From the NCBI RefSeq assembly GCF_006345805.1, contig NC_043003.1, forward strand, positions 82,522,001-82,586,000: a DNA stretch of 64,000 nucleotides, read 5' to 3'. Both the position numbers and the translations under genes were made by a program. Positions 51,857 to 64,000 of this stretch are shown here, in pieces. The notes beneath the pieces were generated by a model that saw only the letters and a program-made list of their open reading frames with translations, was not told where the DNA came from and made no database searches. This stretch comes from Octopus sinensis. Taxonomy: Eukaryota. Within the stretch, counting starts at the first letter, position 1, and every line of letters begins with the position of its first letter.

Positions 51857-52243
51857 AGACGAAGGAGTGGCTCTGTGGTAAGAAGCTTGCTTCCCAAACG
51901 CATGACTCCAGGTTCAGTCCAACTGCATGACACCTTGGGTAAGTGTTTTCTACTATAGCCTCGGGCCAACCAAAGACTTGTTAGTGGATTTGGTAGACAG
52001 AAACTGAAAGAAGCTTGTCGTGTGTATATGTGTGCGTGTTTGTGTTTGTGTGTCTGTGTTTGTCCTGCCATCATCGCTTGACAAGCGATGTTGGTGTTCT
52101 TACGTCCCATTAGCATAGCGGTTCGGCAAAAAGACCTATAGAATAAGTACTAGGCTCACAAAGAATAAGTCTTGCGATCAATTTGTTCGACTAAAGTAGG
52201 TGCTCCAGCATGACTGCAGTTAAATGACTGAAATAGATAAAAG
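51857..52243 (+). mobile_element. SINE family A
   Basis: ggagtggctctgtggtaag...gacaccttgggtaagtg...gctccagcatgactgcagttaaatgactgaaa. Confidence 0.85.
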
Positions 52244-52249
52244 AAAAAA

Positions 52250-53120
52250 ACGTATATGTGTATATATGTATTTATGCATATATGATTATGTATAGATGTG
52301 TTTATTTATAAATATTTATGTATATATGTCTCTCTCTATATATTCACACATATACATATATACTTACGCACTCATACGCCCAAATATACACAATACACAT
52401 GCACACTATAGGGCCACACTGAAACACACGTTCATAGACTACTCGAACAAGCACATGCACATACATACATATACACGTCCATACCCAGACACAAATAAAC
52501 GAAAAGCACATCACTCCACATGATTCACGTACACACACACACGATCGTATACGCACACATAAGCCCATGCACACGCACACACACACACATACAATAGTCT
52601 CACACGCACACTATACACACCCTCAACACACGTTCATACGCACGCATACACAAATACACGAAGCACACATCACTCCACAAAATGCACGCACTAGGGTACT
52701 TATACACATACACACGCCCAATATGCAAACACAAGCCCACATAATCTTAAGCTCACCCACACATAAATTCACACGCGCATGTTCCTATTCACACACATAC
52801 GCTAATATGCACACGCGCGCTTGCAAATCCTAGTTCAACCGTATCGCCGTTCTGATCGCCCCTTCACTCAGCCTTTCTTCTGACCATTTCATCATGTTGA
52901 ACATTTAACCCCTACACATTTTTCTCACACCGTTGTTTTTCGTTCTCTCTCCATTTCCCCCCTCTTAATCGTTTGTGTCCACATACACGCACACGCGCAC
53001 ACACACACACACACACTCACACATACACACAAATACAGGAAAAGCACATACTCCAAAAAATTACTCACACATGCATTCACACGCTCTCGCTCCCATTCAT
53101 ACATACACACGTCCTTGCGC
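52250..53120. repeat. Cryptic (CA)/(TA)-rich simple-sequence region
   Basis: Decayed acac/atac runs. Confidence 0.85.
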
Positions 53121-53929
53121 ACAAAAGTTCAGCAAGATCACCGTTATTATCCCCCTTTCACTGCTTCTTTCTTCCAGTTATTGCATCGTGTTGAACCGAA
53201 CCGTTGATTTCTACACATTTTTTTCGCCCTTTTCTCTGTTTTTCCTTCTCTCTCCATTTTTCCTCAGAATCTTTTCTGTTGAAGTGCGTGGGGACGAAAC
53301 AGCAAAGTCTTTTCCATTCTTCCCGAACGTCAAACAAACCTGTTTATTGTTCTCTTGTCTGTCTTCGTCTTTTGCTTCCTGTAAATTTAAACACTACATA
53401 TATAAATATAGTATAATATAGTATTAAAATAAGTCTTTGCAGACCATGTTTGGAATTATCCGTATAATTAATAGCAGAGTGTGTAAAACAGAAATGAAAT
53501 AAAATCCAGGTTTAATCATATATCAACGAAGTGGTTCTTTATATTATAATGAGAAATTGAAAGAGGGAGAGATAATGCCCCTTTGTCAGCAGAAGCAGTA
53601 CAGTGGTGTGGGAGACGTAGCCTTCCTCATGAGGGGAAAACTTATTTACACTTATTTACAATCCAAAAATGGCATACCTTCAGAAGTAGCCCTCACCTAA
53701 CTGTATTTCTTCATAACATATACAGAAAGGGATGTCTATTAATGGAATATTTTTACTCGTGGCTTATTTCAATGCAATATTTATGTGAACATTTTCCTAA
53801 ATGTTTTTCTAACGCGATCACCTCTATATAGTTGTTAGTGGCTTAACAATTATGGGTGAAGTCCAATTTTGGAAGTATTTTTCAACTTTGTCTCCTTTTA
53901 GAATGTAAAAATAACTTATTTTGTGCACG

Positions 53930-53962
<33 letters not shown>

Positions 53963-55054
53963 CACACACACTCACACACACACACATACACACTCACACA
54001 TACACAATGTAAGTGAAACTTCTATTTGAATTATGCTGCTGCTGTGTGCACACACAAAATTACGGCTCAACTCCAATGGAAATGACCTATTTTTATTTGC
54101 AATTTGTGTCTATGTTGAGCGTATTGAAAAACCTGATCTTAGATAAACTTAGAGGTAATTCGTTTTCAGAAATCGCGTCGTGCACCTGTTGTTTCTACCA
54201 TGTGGGAGGTGATTTTCCACTCCAACGTTTTTTTATTCAGAATTTGTTTAGATTCTTATGTTTTCTATATAGGAGATTACGATTTTACCGAAAAATCACG
54301 CTTTCAAAATAGTAAATTTACCCCCTCTACAAGTTTGAACTTTTGGGGGATATTTAATTATTTTATTTTTCTTGTAATCGACGTAGAGAAATACAGAGAT
54401 TAAGAATCTTTAAGGAAAAAAATTTTTTTCTGAAATAAACACAGTTATCGATTCCAAACATCCAATCGCTCATCACCTCTTCGCTTTCAAAAAGGTAAAA
54501 ACTGAATGTTTTAGCGTTTTAGAAAGCGGGGACCATTCTTCAGAAATAATGTCATGTAGGTGTTTTTGTAGCATGTCATGTTTTGTAGTGGTGGTTTGAT
54601 ATTTTTAACGTGTGTCATTTTATTAGAATTCTACGCATACGTGGAACATCCGAAGAAGGAGAAACATTAGAAGCAAATCAAAACATTGCCCAAAAATGAC
54701 CGCAAAATTGTGCCACCCGACCTAGTTTTCGAAGTTATTTTAATAGTAAAAATGTGTTGTGTCAAAAACATACTTTATCTGGTAGCCGAAAGATTACTGA
54801 ACCATTTGATACCTCATACGTCAAAATCCGTAACTCAGTTTTCGAATGTATAAGTAACATACACAGGCATACGGACACGCACACACACACATATATATAT
54901 ATGTTTCAAGTATATTTGCCCCTACAAGCTACAGTAGCATCCACCCTTAAGGGTTTGCCACACTTATGTAGCGAATAAACTTCACGATGTCAGGCAGCTG
55001 CTGTTTATACCTCGCTCAGAGATTTATTATTGCTTATATATATGTGCATACATG

Positions 55055-55096
<42 letters not shown>

Positions 55097-57146
55097 TGTA
55101 TGTATATCTATATAAAACAAAAACTCTGTGCTTGCTTGCGTGCTTGTCTGTAATTTAATACAGCGAAACCAGCGCATAATGGAAAAATACTCCGAAAGTA
55201 AGGCAACCCCGAAATGTGAGTACAAATGTGAATTAAACATGTTTCGCGTAAATCGAATCATCGATTCACGAGATATCCACATTTTCCCCCTTTTCTGTGT
55301 GGGGTACATTCATAAATAGCCAAAACGAAAGTAACATAACTCCGAAAGTAACATAACCCTGAAATGGGAATATATAACATTGTGAAAATTGCTTCCATTA
55401 ATTTTATGTTTACGCTATATAACAATTCCTTTTGTATTTTTGTAGAAGTGTGTACATATGCCGTAGATAAAGGCTGTTACTGGAGTCAAGTTCATCCCGG
55501 AATTTCTATTTTTATTAGATGTTGTAAATAATCCATAAAACCTAAAACAGGAAATTCTAAACTTGACCTAGGATGACACGATCGAATTGAAATATTTCAC
55601 TGAGTCATCATAAAATTACCTTTCATTTCCATGCAATGTTGAAATCAGCTTCAAAGTTCGATAACCCGGACTGTCAGTGACCCAATGGGTCACGGGTAAT
55701 CTCTCTCTCTCTACATATATATAGTCATATTCCGTTAGAAACATGGTAGAGTGCAGTATAAAGCTCGCTCACCTTCAGAATTACCCAGTACTATCGGTAG
55801 TATTACTATATACTTCGAAGTTTGAGTGTGGGCATTCGTCGTGTGTGAATGTGCAATTGAAAAAAATCGAATCAAGAAGAAGGAGCACGGTTGGACATTT
55901 ATTTATTATTCGCTACAATTGTTTCGACGCAACGTAATTCTCCAAGAATACAGGTATTTGATTATGCAACTGTTTGTTTGCATAATGAGATCTAGACGTG
56001 TTTCCTCAGGCGATATGTGAGTGTTGTCACTGCTAAATCGTCAAATTCAAGGTCATCTACTCTGTTCGTCGCGGTTGGAATTTAGTAGCGGCTCATACAC
56101 CGATGATGTTTGCTGCGAGAGTGCGCTTCTCGGACAAGCGTGCTCTAGAAAACTGATAGATAAAGGTAAGCAAACTTATATTGAATATAACACATTCCAC
56201 AATAATGTGACGTATACATATTGATATCTGTTGTAAGGGTCTCTTGCCTGCTGCAAGTGCAACTATGAAACAGGAATCGAAAAAATTAACAAAGAGAATT
56301 TCCTTGAATCGAACAAATTAATAGAGAGAATTTCGCCCAGTCTTTCTTCGGGGAACATCTGAAAGTAGTGAAATTAAAGCCACATAGAAGACGAATTTAT
56401 CATATCTAATTTAGAAAATTTTGCGATGTAAGACTCTGGAATCTCTCTTTAATTTCACTCCTGTCGAAGAATAATTTTATCTGAAGTATAACATTTTACA
56501 TTCACCACGGCGTGATGTATACTCTTTTTTTGATTTTGCAAAATAATAAAAGTCTTGCCAACGCAGACAAACACCAGCCTATTTGGCTTTGCTATTCGAT
56601 GTGTGACTTAACAAATTGAATAGCATTACGGCAATATATTGAACTGCATGTTCTTCAATTTATGTAGTATCTATGGCTATGGTCATGCTGGAGCTTTGTT
56701 TTTTTTTATATATTCGTTAAGAACTATAATATTATGAAGCGCTTTGTTTTACGAAACTAAATGAGCATATATTCAACACAATAAAGTGATACAACAGTGC
56801 GAAACTCAAAATGTTGGCTTTGTGTTAAATAATTCAACGGGCATTTTAGATAAACTCACTCGTTTAGTGTCAAATTTTAGAGAGTAAATGTCATATGGAA
56901 CATGCATATAAGGAACTACTGCAATTCATACTGTTGTGATGAATCTCAACCTCTTATGACTATTATTGATCCCGTGATGTGCAGCATAATTAGCGGACTT
57001 CAATTGTCGGTTAAAAGGATTGTACACTCGAATGAGAAGTTTATTTAGGTGAGAATTAACATGCATCATTTAAATTGCTTCCGAAAAGTAACATAGAAAT
57101 GGTATACAAGTTATTATTATTACCGTACAATATATATTTATATGTA

Positions 57147-57978
57147 CGCGGACTGATCAATTAGCATCAGGACTGTTGCCATAGTAACGAAGCTAAAGCC
57201 CACAGAGTAAAGCCGCTTGGCACAGATTGATCTTCACCTCTGCTGTACATGTGCACTAAGTTTTAACGTTCTATGTTGCTTCCGCTGTTTACAGCAGTGC
57301 TTGAAAATAACGTGTATATTGTGTGTTCGTCGCATTGACCATGACAGAGAAAGTTGAGCAGACCATTTGCATCAAACTTTGCTAAATGCTTAGCGATACC
57401 TGCTCAGAGACCTATGCAAAGTTTTCAAAACGTTTTCATCGTTCCCGACACAAAGAGATCTTGTGTAACTGAAACACGAGTGTCCTTTTGGTCAGCTAAA
57501 ACCAGTTTGGGCACAAACTTGGCAGACACGCGTCTCATACACAAATCTTCAGTGATAATGGACTGAACTGACCCGTAAATAATCTGTACATCCTCTGATA
57601 ACTCACGGATGGTGATTCGACGATTTCCCGTCACAGCTACACGCATATCTGCGATACGTTTCTCAGTTTTGCTGGTTGCGGGTCTCCCAGAATGTTCGTC
57701 ACTATTGACATTTTTTGGTTAACTTCGAAACGTCTAAACCACTCGTACAAATGTGTGCGGCTCATACACTTCTCTCCATACGCTGTGAAATTTTGCGTAG
57801 GCGCCTCTGAGCAGGTATCGCCATCAAAACTTTCTCTGTCATGATCACACGTTACAAAGCTTACTCCCAAGCACCGCTGTAAACAACGAAAGTGAGCTAG
57901 AACGTTATAGCTTTGTGTGCAGGCACAACAAAGTTCAAGATCAATCTGTGCCAAGCGGCACGTGTTGATCAGACCTCG
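57147..57978. mobile_element. Fold-back mariner derivative made of two inverted 5' halves
   Basis: TA-cgcggactgatcaa ... ttgatcagacctcg-TA. ATG (MTEKV) at 57341 on + and at 57842 on -. Minus arm encodes YEWFRRF...SGRP...RRITIREL...SAKFVPKL. Confidence 0.85.
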
Positions 57979-59009
57979 TATATTTTAAAATAACCGCCGC
58001 ATTATATGCTAGTGATGTATTACTTTCTAATCCCATGTACACACCAATGCGCTCACATATACATATACATATACCTATATATACATATGTGTGTGAGACT
58101 GTCTATGTGTATACATATATAAATATATACATGTATATGTGTGTGTGTGAGCGTGTCTGTGTGTGTGTGTGTTTGTAACTATATGTTGTACCTTAGTGAA
58201 TTATTAGTCGTCTCTGCATATAATGTTCTAAGAATTCTGCTCCGTTATGATTAACATCTTCAATAGTTAATAGGAGAACGAATTATTTTGAACAATATTT
58301 ATCAATAACACTAGACATTCTATATACATGATCCATAGTTTGTTATGTACACGTTATTTGAGTGAATCAAGAAATAATGAAAATGCCAAAAGAGGAAATA
58401 TTTCATATAAATTTAGGGCATAGTCCCCATTTACAATAAAAATAATCTCTTAATGAGATCTCAGGTTCTTTTATGCTCACTAAAAATTCTGAAATATTCC
58501 ATGAGGTTTTTGGGAGCCAAACTTTGATTTGTCAACACCTATCAAAATGTGACGCCAAATATATCTGGATGAAAATGTCAGTATACATTGTAAGAAAATT
58601 TTCTCTAGCCCATAATACGAAATATGTTAACAGTATTCACCAGCGGTTTTATTTTCAAAAGTAAGTATTTCAGATTTGAATCAGAGTAAGGATATCTACT
58701 TCGACTACTTCCATGTAGACGCCTTCAATGTTTCATCTAGTATCACTTGTTAATCATTGTTGGCTTGAATATGTAAGCTCACAAAAAGACTGTGGTAGAA
58801 TTCAATTTTTGTTACTTAGTATGTATTCAACTTGTGTTAAGCAAAATCAATACTTTGTGCATAACACAAGAGGCAAAACATAATATAAATTACAAAATGC
58901 AAGTCAATAACCTATAGAGTAGAATAACAACGTGGTTTCCATTGAATAAGGATGTTATATTGAATATTTGAGCCGTCACGTTAAGCTAATTTTATATTAC
59001 CCTGGCAAT

Positions 59010-59880
59010 AGGTCGATAGGTCAAAGCAAAGCTATAACTTGGGTAGTATAGCTTTACCCTGGTATTTCAATAAAAGTTTTAGTAAGTGTGGTGAATTTTG
59101 TGCCAGGGTTTATTTTGAGGTTATATAATTTTAGTCGTATATGAGTTTTGTGAGTAATTATGCAACATAATAGTTGTCTTCAATAAAACTTTTGGTAAAT
59201 AGCAATCTTGTGCACGATTTTTCTGTATGTAGTTGTTAAGACGAGTGCATCGAGTCGAGAAGGGACGTAGTAATACGCTAGGCAATATCTCTGAATGAAG
59301 CAGCACATTGTGTGTATCTTTCATATAGATGCTCCAGTGATTCGAATGTCGGTTATCATTACGCCTTATGAATGATGGTAGCACCGTATCCCAGTTCTTT
59401 CTGAAGACGCTTGTTCGCGTAGAAGGTATTTTCTGGAGTATCTTCAGTTACATAATAATTATGGATTCTAACTTAGGTTATGTTTTTCTTGTTATGGTTG
59501 AAGTCTTATGACCTTATGTTTTTCCTATTGTTGTTGAAGTTTTGTGAGCCAGTGCTTCTGTTAAATATTTCAAATATTCAAATATTCAAGCCTCTAGCTA
59601 GATTTCTTGCTGTGATCAAGCTATATGGGAAATAGAACGACATGCTTTTTCTACGCCAACATCTTTTGCTGTTAGTTGGAGTGGCTTGCATAAAGATAAC
59701 GTTATCGGAGAAATTAGACCTAACTAGGACATTGTTCTAGTACGGGGAAGCTCATTTGAATATTGCTTCATCAGGATATATATGGTAGATACGACTATTA
59801 ATGCTATTTGTATATGGTTGATAATTGATGGTGGATGTTAATGTGAGTGATCTGGACTTCCATTAATGTAGTAATTTATT
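59010..59880 (-). mobile_element. Penelope-like element remnant (RT thumb, linker, decayed GIY-YIG region)
   Basis: HPPSII...SINSRI...DEAIFK*ASPY*NNVL...RRKSMSFYFPYS...EIFNRST resembles the PLE HPPSII...WFNPP...KIFNRST signature. Confidence 0.55.
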
Positions 59881-59947
59881 TTCGTTTGGTTAATGGAGAA
59901 GGATGATATTTACCTGTGGCAATATATGTTAATATATACATATGTAT

Positions 59948-60173
59948 TTGTTTATTGCCCACGGGAGGCTAAACAGAGGGACAAACAAGGACAGGCAAAG
60001 GGTTTAAGTCGATTACATCGACACCAGTGCGTAAGCAGTAATTATTTAATCAAACCCGAAAGGACGAAAAGCAGAGTCGACCTCGGTGGAATTTCAACAC
60101 AGAACGTAACGGCAGACAAAATACTGCTAAGCATTTCCTCCGTCGTGCTAACCATTCTGCCAGCTCGCCGCCC
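59948..60173 (-). mobile_element. SINE family B monomer
   Basis: Full head to gtgggcaataaa end. Confidence 0.85.
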
Positions 60174-60201
60174 TTAATATATATATATATATATATTGCA
60201 A

Positions 60202-60583
60202 GGCGGCGAGCAGAAACGTTAGCACGTCGGGCGAACTGCGTAGCCGCATTTCGTCCGCCGTTACGTTCTGAGTTCAAATTCCGCCGAGGCCAACTTTGCC
60301 TTCCATCCATTCGGGGTCGATTAAATAAGTACCAGTACTGGAGTCGATATAATTGACTTAATCCGTTTGTCTGTCCTAGTTTGTCCTCTCTGTGTTTAGT
60401 CCCTTGTGGGTAGTAAAGAAATAGGTATTTCGTCTGCCGCTACGTTCTGAGTTCAAATTCCGCCGAAGTCGACTTTGCTTTCATTCTTTAGGTGTCCATA
60501 AATTAAGTACGCGTTGCGTACTGGGGTTGATGTAATCGACTGGCGTCTTCCTACAAGATTTTGGGTCTGGTGCCTAGAGTAGA

Positions 60584-60590
<7 letters not shown>
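60202..60590 (+). mobile_element. SINE family B dimer
   Basis: Second monomer starts gtatttcgtctg at 60425; terminal tail gcctagagtagaaga. Confidence 0.9.
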
Positions 60591-60619
<29 letters not shown>

Positions 60620-60964
60620 CAATGTATATGTTAATATCTATGTAAGTCATTATTTTGAGGCTCACACACACACAGGTACGCATCATGGACGCACAATTAC
60701 ATAGGTATGTGTGTATACATAGTTATGTCTATTGATATAGTGATTCTGAGTGAGAGAAGATAACATACATAAGTATTTGTGTATGCTTCACTAGAATTCA
60801 ATTTTGAATTTTTTTATATCAACTCACGACATTTGAATCAAACTTATATTAAATTTGATAGATATATCATGATTTGATATAAGATATTGAAAATTACATT
60901 CTAGTGATTCTGCTTTAAAGAAACGTAACTTTCTTCCCCTCTTTTTTGCGTTTAAGCTATGTAA

Positions 60965-61290
60965 TACTGGCACTCCGTCGGTTACGACGACGAGGGTTCC
61001 AGTTGATCCGATCAACGGATCAGCCTGCTCGTGAAATTTACATATAAGTGGCTGAGCATTCCACAGACACGCAAACCCTTTTACATAGTTCACAAGGAGA
61101 TTCAGCGTGACATGAGGTGTGACAAGGCTGGCCCCCTTTTATATGCAGGTATGACTCATTGTTACCAACTGCGAGGACTGGAGCAGCTGGAAAAAAAGTA
61201 TCTCGCTGAAGGATAAAACGCGCGGGCGAGAATCGAACTCACGACCATACGATTCTGAGCAGAATACTTTAACCATGAAGTCAGGCACCT
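60965..61290 (-). mobile_element. SINE family D (tRNA-like head)
   Basis: Minus strand aggtgcctgacttcatggttaaag...gtgagttcgattctc head; 3' end gatcaactggaaccctcgtcgtcgtaaccgacggagtgcc. Confidence 0.6.
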
Positions 61291-61388
61291 TCACTAAATC
61301 TACGAACACAGTGCATTTACTAGAAGTGCACGTGCAGACGTATTTGTGTGTCTCTGTCTTTCAGATGTCTCCCAAGGTATAATTATAC

Positions 61389-61617
61389 ATTTCTTTATTA
61401 CCCACAAGGGGGTAAACACAGAGGGGACAAACAAGGACAGACAAACGGATTAAGTCGATTATATCGACCCCAGTGCATACTGGTACTTAATTTATCGAAC
61501 CTGAAAGGATGAAAGACAAAGTCAACCTCGGTGGAATTTGAACTCAGAACGTAACGGCAGACGAAATACGGCTACGAATTTCGCCTGGCGTGCTAACGTT
61601 TCTGCCAGCTCGCCGCC
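61389..61617 (-). mobile_element. SINE family B monomer, well preserved
   Basis: ggcggcgagctggcagaaacgttagcacgcc...gtgggtaataaagaaat. Confidence 0.9.
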
Positions 61618-61949
61618 TAATCAAGGTTTAATTATAGTATGTATGTATATGTGTATGCAAGCGCGAATGCATGAATGTAGATGCATTCGTGCTTGTGTTA
61701 TTTCTGATGGCCTCGCTTTCTAAGTGTTGTAGTATGCTTTCACGCTTCTCCTTGTGCTTGTGTGTCTCTGCATTTTGACACGCACGTCTCTTAATGTCTA
61801 AGTTACGTATGTATGTATGACTGCATCAAATGGATCAAAAGCTCTTCTCGAGTCAAAGGCCCACCCAGGCGGTTTCGCAGATTCTGTGACATATATTTCT
61901 TTTCGTGGATGACACACCTTTCAGTTGCAGGATTATTTATTTATTTTTT

Positions 61950-62085
61950 AACAGCTGGGTGGACCGTTGTAGCATGAAATGAAGTGCTTTCTGCAAGAAG
62001 ACAAGGCGTTGCATGGTCCAGGAATCGAAACCACAATTTTGCGATCAAGAATAAAACACCCTAACTTATAAGCTACGCGCCTCCA
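61950..62085 (-). mobile_element. Degenerate tRNA-like SINE head (family C/D-like)
   Basis: Minus strand gtggtttcgattcctggacc; ends in acccagctg. Confidence 0.4.
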
Positions 62086-62523
62086 CGTAAAGTTTAAACC
62101 TATATATGTTTACGTGTGCGTGAGTGTGTGTGTATGGATGCGTGTCTATGTAAGTAAGTATGCATGTGAATGTGCGTATTTTCGTGTGTGTTTGTACACG
62201 TCCATATATTGCCAATGCGCTCTGTGTTATTTAGAAAATAACAACTTGTTTCTAGATTGCGGTTATAAAAGGGCAAAGTTGATTTCTGCTTGAGGCTTGT
62301 TAATGTATGAATCCCTTGAAATATTTTCATGCGCTATAGCTCCCACCTCTAAGTCATAGGTCGAAACATGTTATGCTCACAGTACGCCGCTTTATCTAAA
62401 ATAAATGAACACGTGCACGTAAACTGGATATTTTTATCAGTATTTTAGTATTCCTCGATTTCATTTTGCACCCAATTTAGCGTAAGCCCAGCGGTAAATA
62501 CTGTCATTATCATTTAACTAGAT

Positions 62524-62678
62524 TTGGCAGTGCGGTAAGAAGCTTGCTTCCCAGCCACATGGTTCAGGCTTTAGTCCCACTGCGTGACACCTTGATTAGT
62601 GTCTACTATTTTAGTCTTGGCCCAGCCAAAGCCTTGTGACTTGATCTGGTAGACGGAAACTGAAAGAAGCTCATTGTG

Positions 62679-62723
<45 letters not shown>

Positions 62724-62810
62724 GTATGTGCGTATATGTATATTTATATATATATATAAGTATACTTATATATATTAATGTGTATGTATATATATATATG
62801 TATATATAAC

Positions 62811-62856
<46 letters not shown>

Positions 62857-62889
62857 TTATATATATATATATATTTATATAAAAATATA

Positions 62890-62929
<40 letters not shown>

Positions 62930-62998
62930 GTAAATACACATATACATATATATAAATATATATATATGTATGTGTGTATATGTATATTTATATACATG

Positions 62999-63062
<64 letters not shown>

Positions 63063-63308
63063 CGTGCGCGTGCGTATGTGTGTGTGTCTGTACGTGCGAC
63101 TTTATGTTTGTGCTTGTCCCACCATCATCGCTTGACAACCGGTACTGGTGTCTTTACGTCCCTATAAATTAGCGGTTCGGGGAAAAAGGATCGATAGAGT
63201 AAGTATCAGTTTTTTAAATAAATAATTTCAGGGGTCGGTCCATTTGACAACAATTTCAAGGCAGTGCCCCAACATGACCGCTGTCAAGTGAATGAAACAT
63301 ATAAAAGA
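62524..63308 (+). mobile_element. SINE family A with ~420-bp internal CA/TA/TG expansion
   Basis: Head and CORE-like part 62524-62680; microsatellite 62680-63100; 3' module gacaaccgg...gaaacatataaaaga. Confidence 0.8.
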
Positions 63309-63444
63309 TGAGCAATATGTGTGCGTGTGATGTGTGTGTGTATGTATGGATGGATAGATGGATGTACGAACGTATGTATATATGTGTGTATGTGTGTGTG
63401 TGCGTGTGAGCGTGTGCACGTATGTAGTAACACACAGAAACATG

Positions 63445-63690
63445 AGCGCAGGCTTTCGGTTAGTAGCAGTAAGCCTTCAGTTTCAGTTCCACTGTGAGGT
63501 TCGTTCGGCTATCTACTACGGCCCCGGCCGCCCAATGATTCAAGAGTGAATTTGGAAGACAAAAACTGATCAAAAGTTTGGTGTGTGTGTGTGTGTGTAT
63601 GTGTGTGTATGTGTGTGCATGTGTGTGTCTGTGTGTGTATGTGTGTGTGTGTGTTTTTGCCTGTGTGTGTGTGTGTGTGTGTTTGAGTGC
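63445..63690 (+). mobile_element. Degenerate SINE-A 5' half followed by (TG)n
   Basis: tttcagttccactgtg...ctactacggccccggccg...gaatttggaagacaaaaactga. Confidence 0.5.
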
Positions 63691-64000
63691 TTTGCTCTCA
63701 CTGCATGGCAACCGTGTAGACTTGATTATGTCTTTGTAAAATCAAAAGTATAAAAAATATCATGGAATAAGTGCAAACCTATAAATTGTTACTGAGTTGT
63801 GTTTTAATAGACTAAGTCGGCAGTGCCTTAGGTCTGGCACAGCCTTATGGATATAGAAAGAAACATTAAAAAAGTAAAATGATTAAATATTAAACAATGG
63901 CTGTTAGTCATAATCGAGACTACATGTGGCACGTACAACACTTTCCTTTATATGTTTTATATCCACATTTTTCGCGCCTTTGCACTGTTGACGTAACAAG

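Noticed and set aside
54040-54900. Possible non-autonomous DNA transposon or Helentron-associated element
   Set aside because: No TIRs, TSD or second copy in the window to support the boundaries.
728-63711. Many ORF-track entries rich in YI, HT, CV, poly-I/M/H/N
   Set aside because: These are translations of TA/CA/ATC/AAT microsatellites or SINE bodies, not proteins.

Overview
AT-rich, repeat-saturated eukaryotic DNA with no long intact host ORF, so probably intronic or intergenic. The SINE families, TE spectrum and microsatellite load suggest an octopus or other coleoid cephalopod genome (inference from recognition, not a database search). Class II content: decayed Tc1/mariner elements of four families (DD34E x2, mariner x2, maT/DD37D-like, DD41D-like) and a MITE. 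Class I content: fragments of RTE, CR1/L2, L1/Tx1, R4/NeSL-type and Penelope-like retroelements, plus about 25 tRNA-derived SINE copies of four families (labelled A-D here). No rRNA, true tRNA, CRISPR or prokaryotic system was found, and I cannot claim a confirmed novel system. Best leads: (1) a multimeric SINE whose trimer is bracketed by one perfect 15-bp target-site duplication and whose monomer junction looks like a 3' splice site + 25-nt microexon + 5' splice site; (2) a minimal hammerhead ribozyme core of the Penelope type; (3) an RTE LINE and its 536-bp internally deleted partner; (4) a fold-back mariner built from two 5' ends; (5) several long inverted repeats that could form dsRNA; (6) an E-box cluster and a tentative chain of five in-phase small exons. 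Family names come from motif recognition by eye, and most element boundaries are approximate unless a TSD or TIR is cited.
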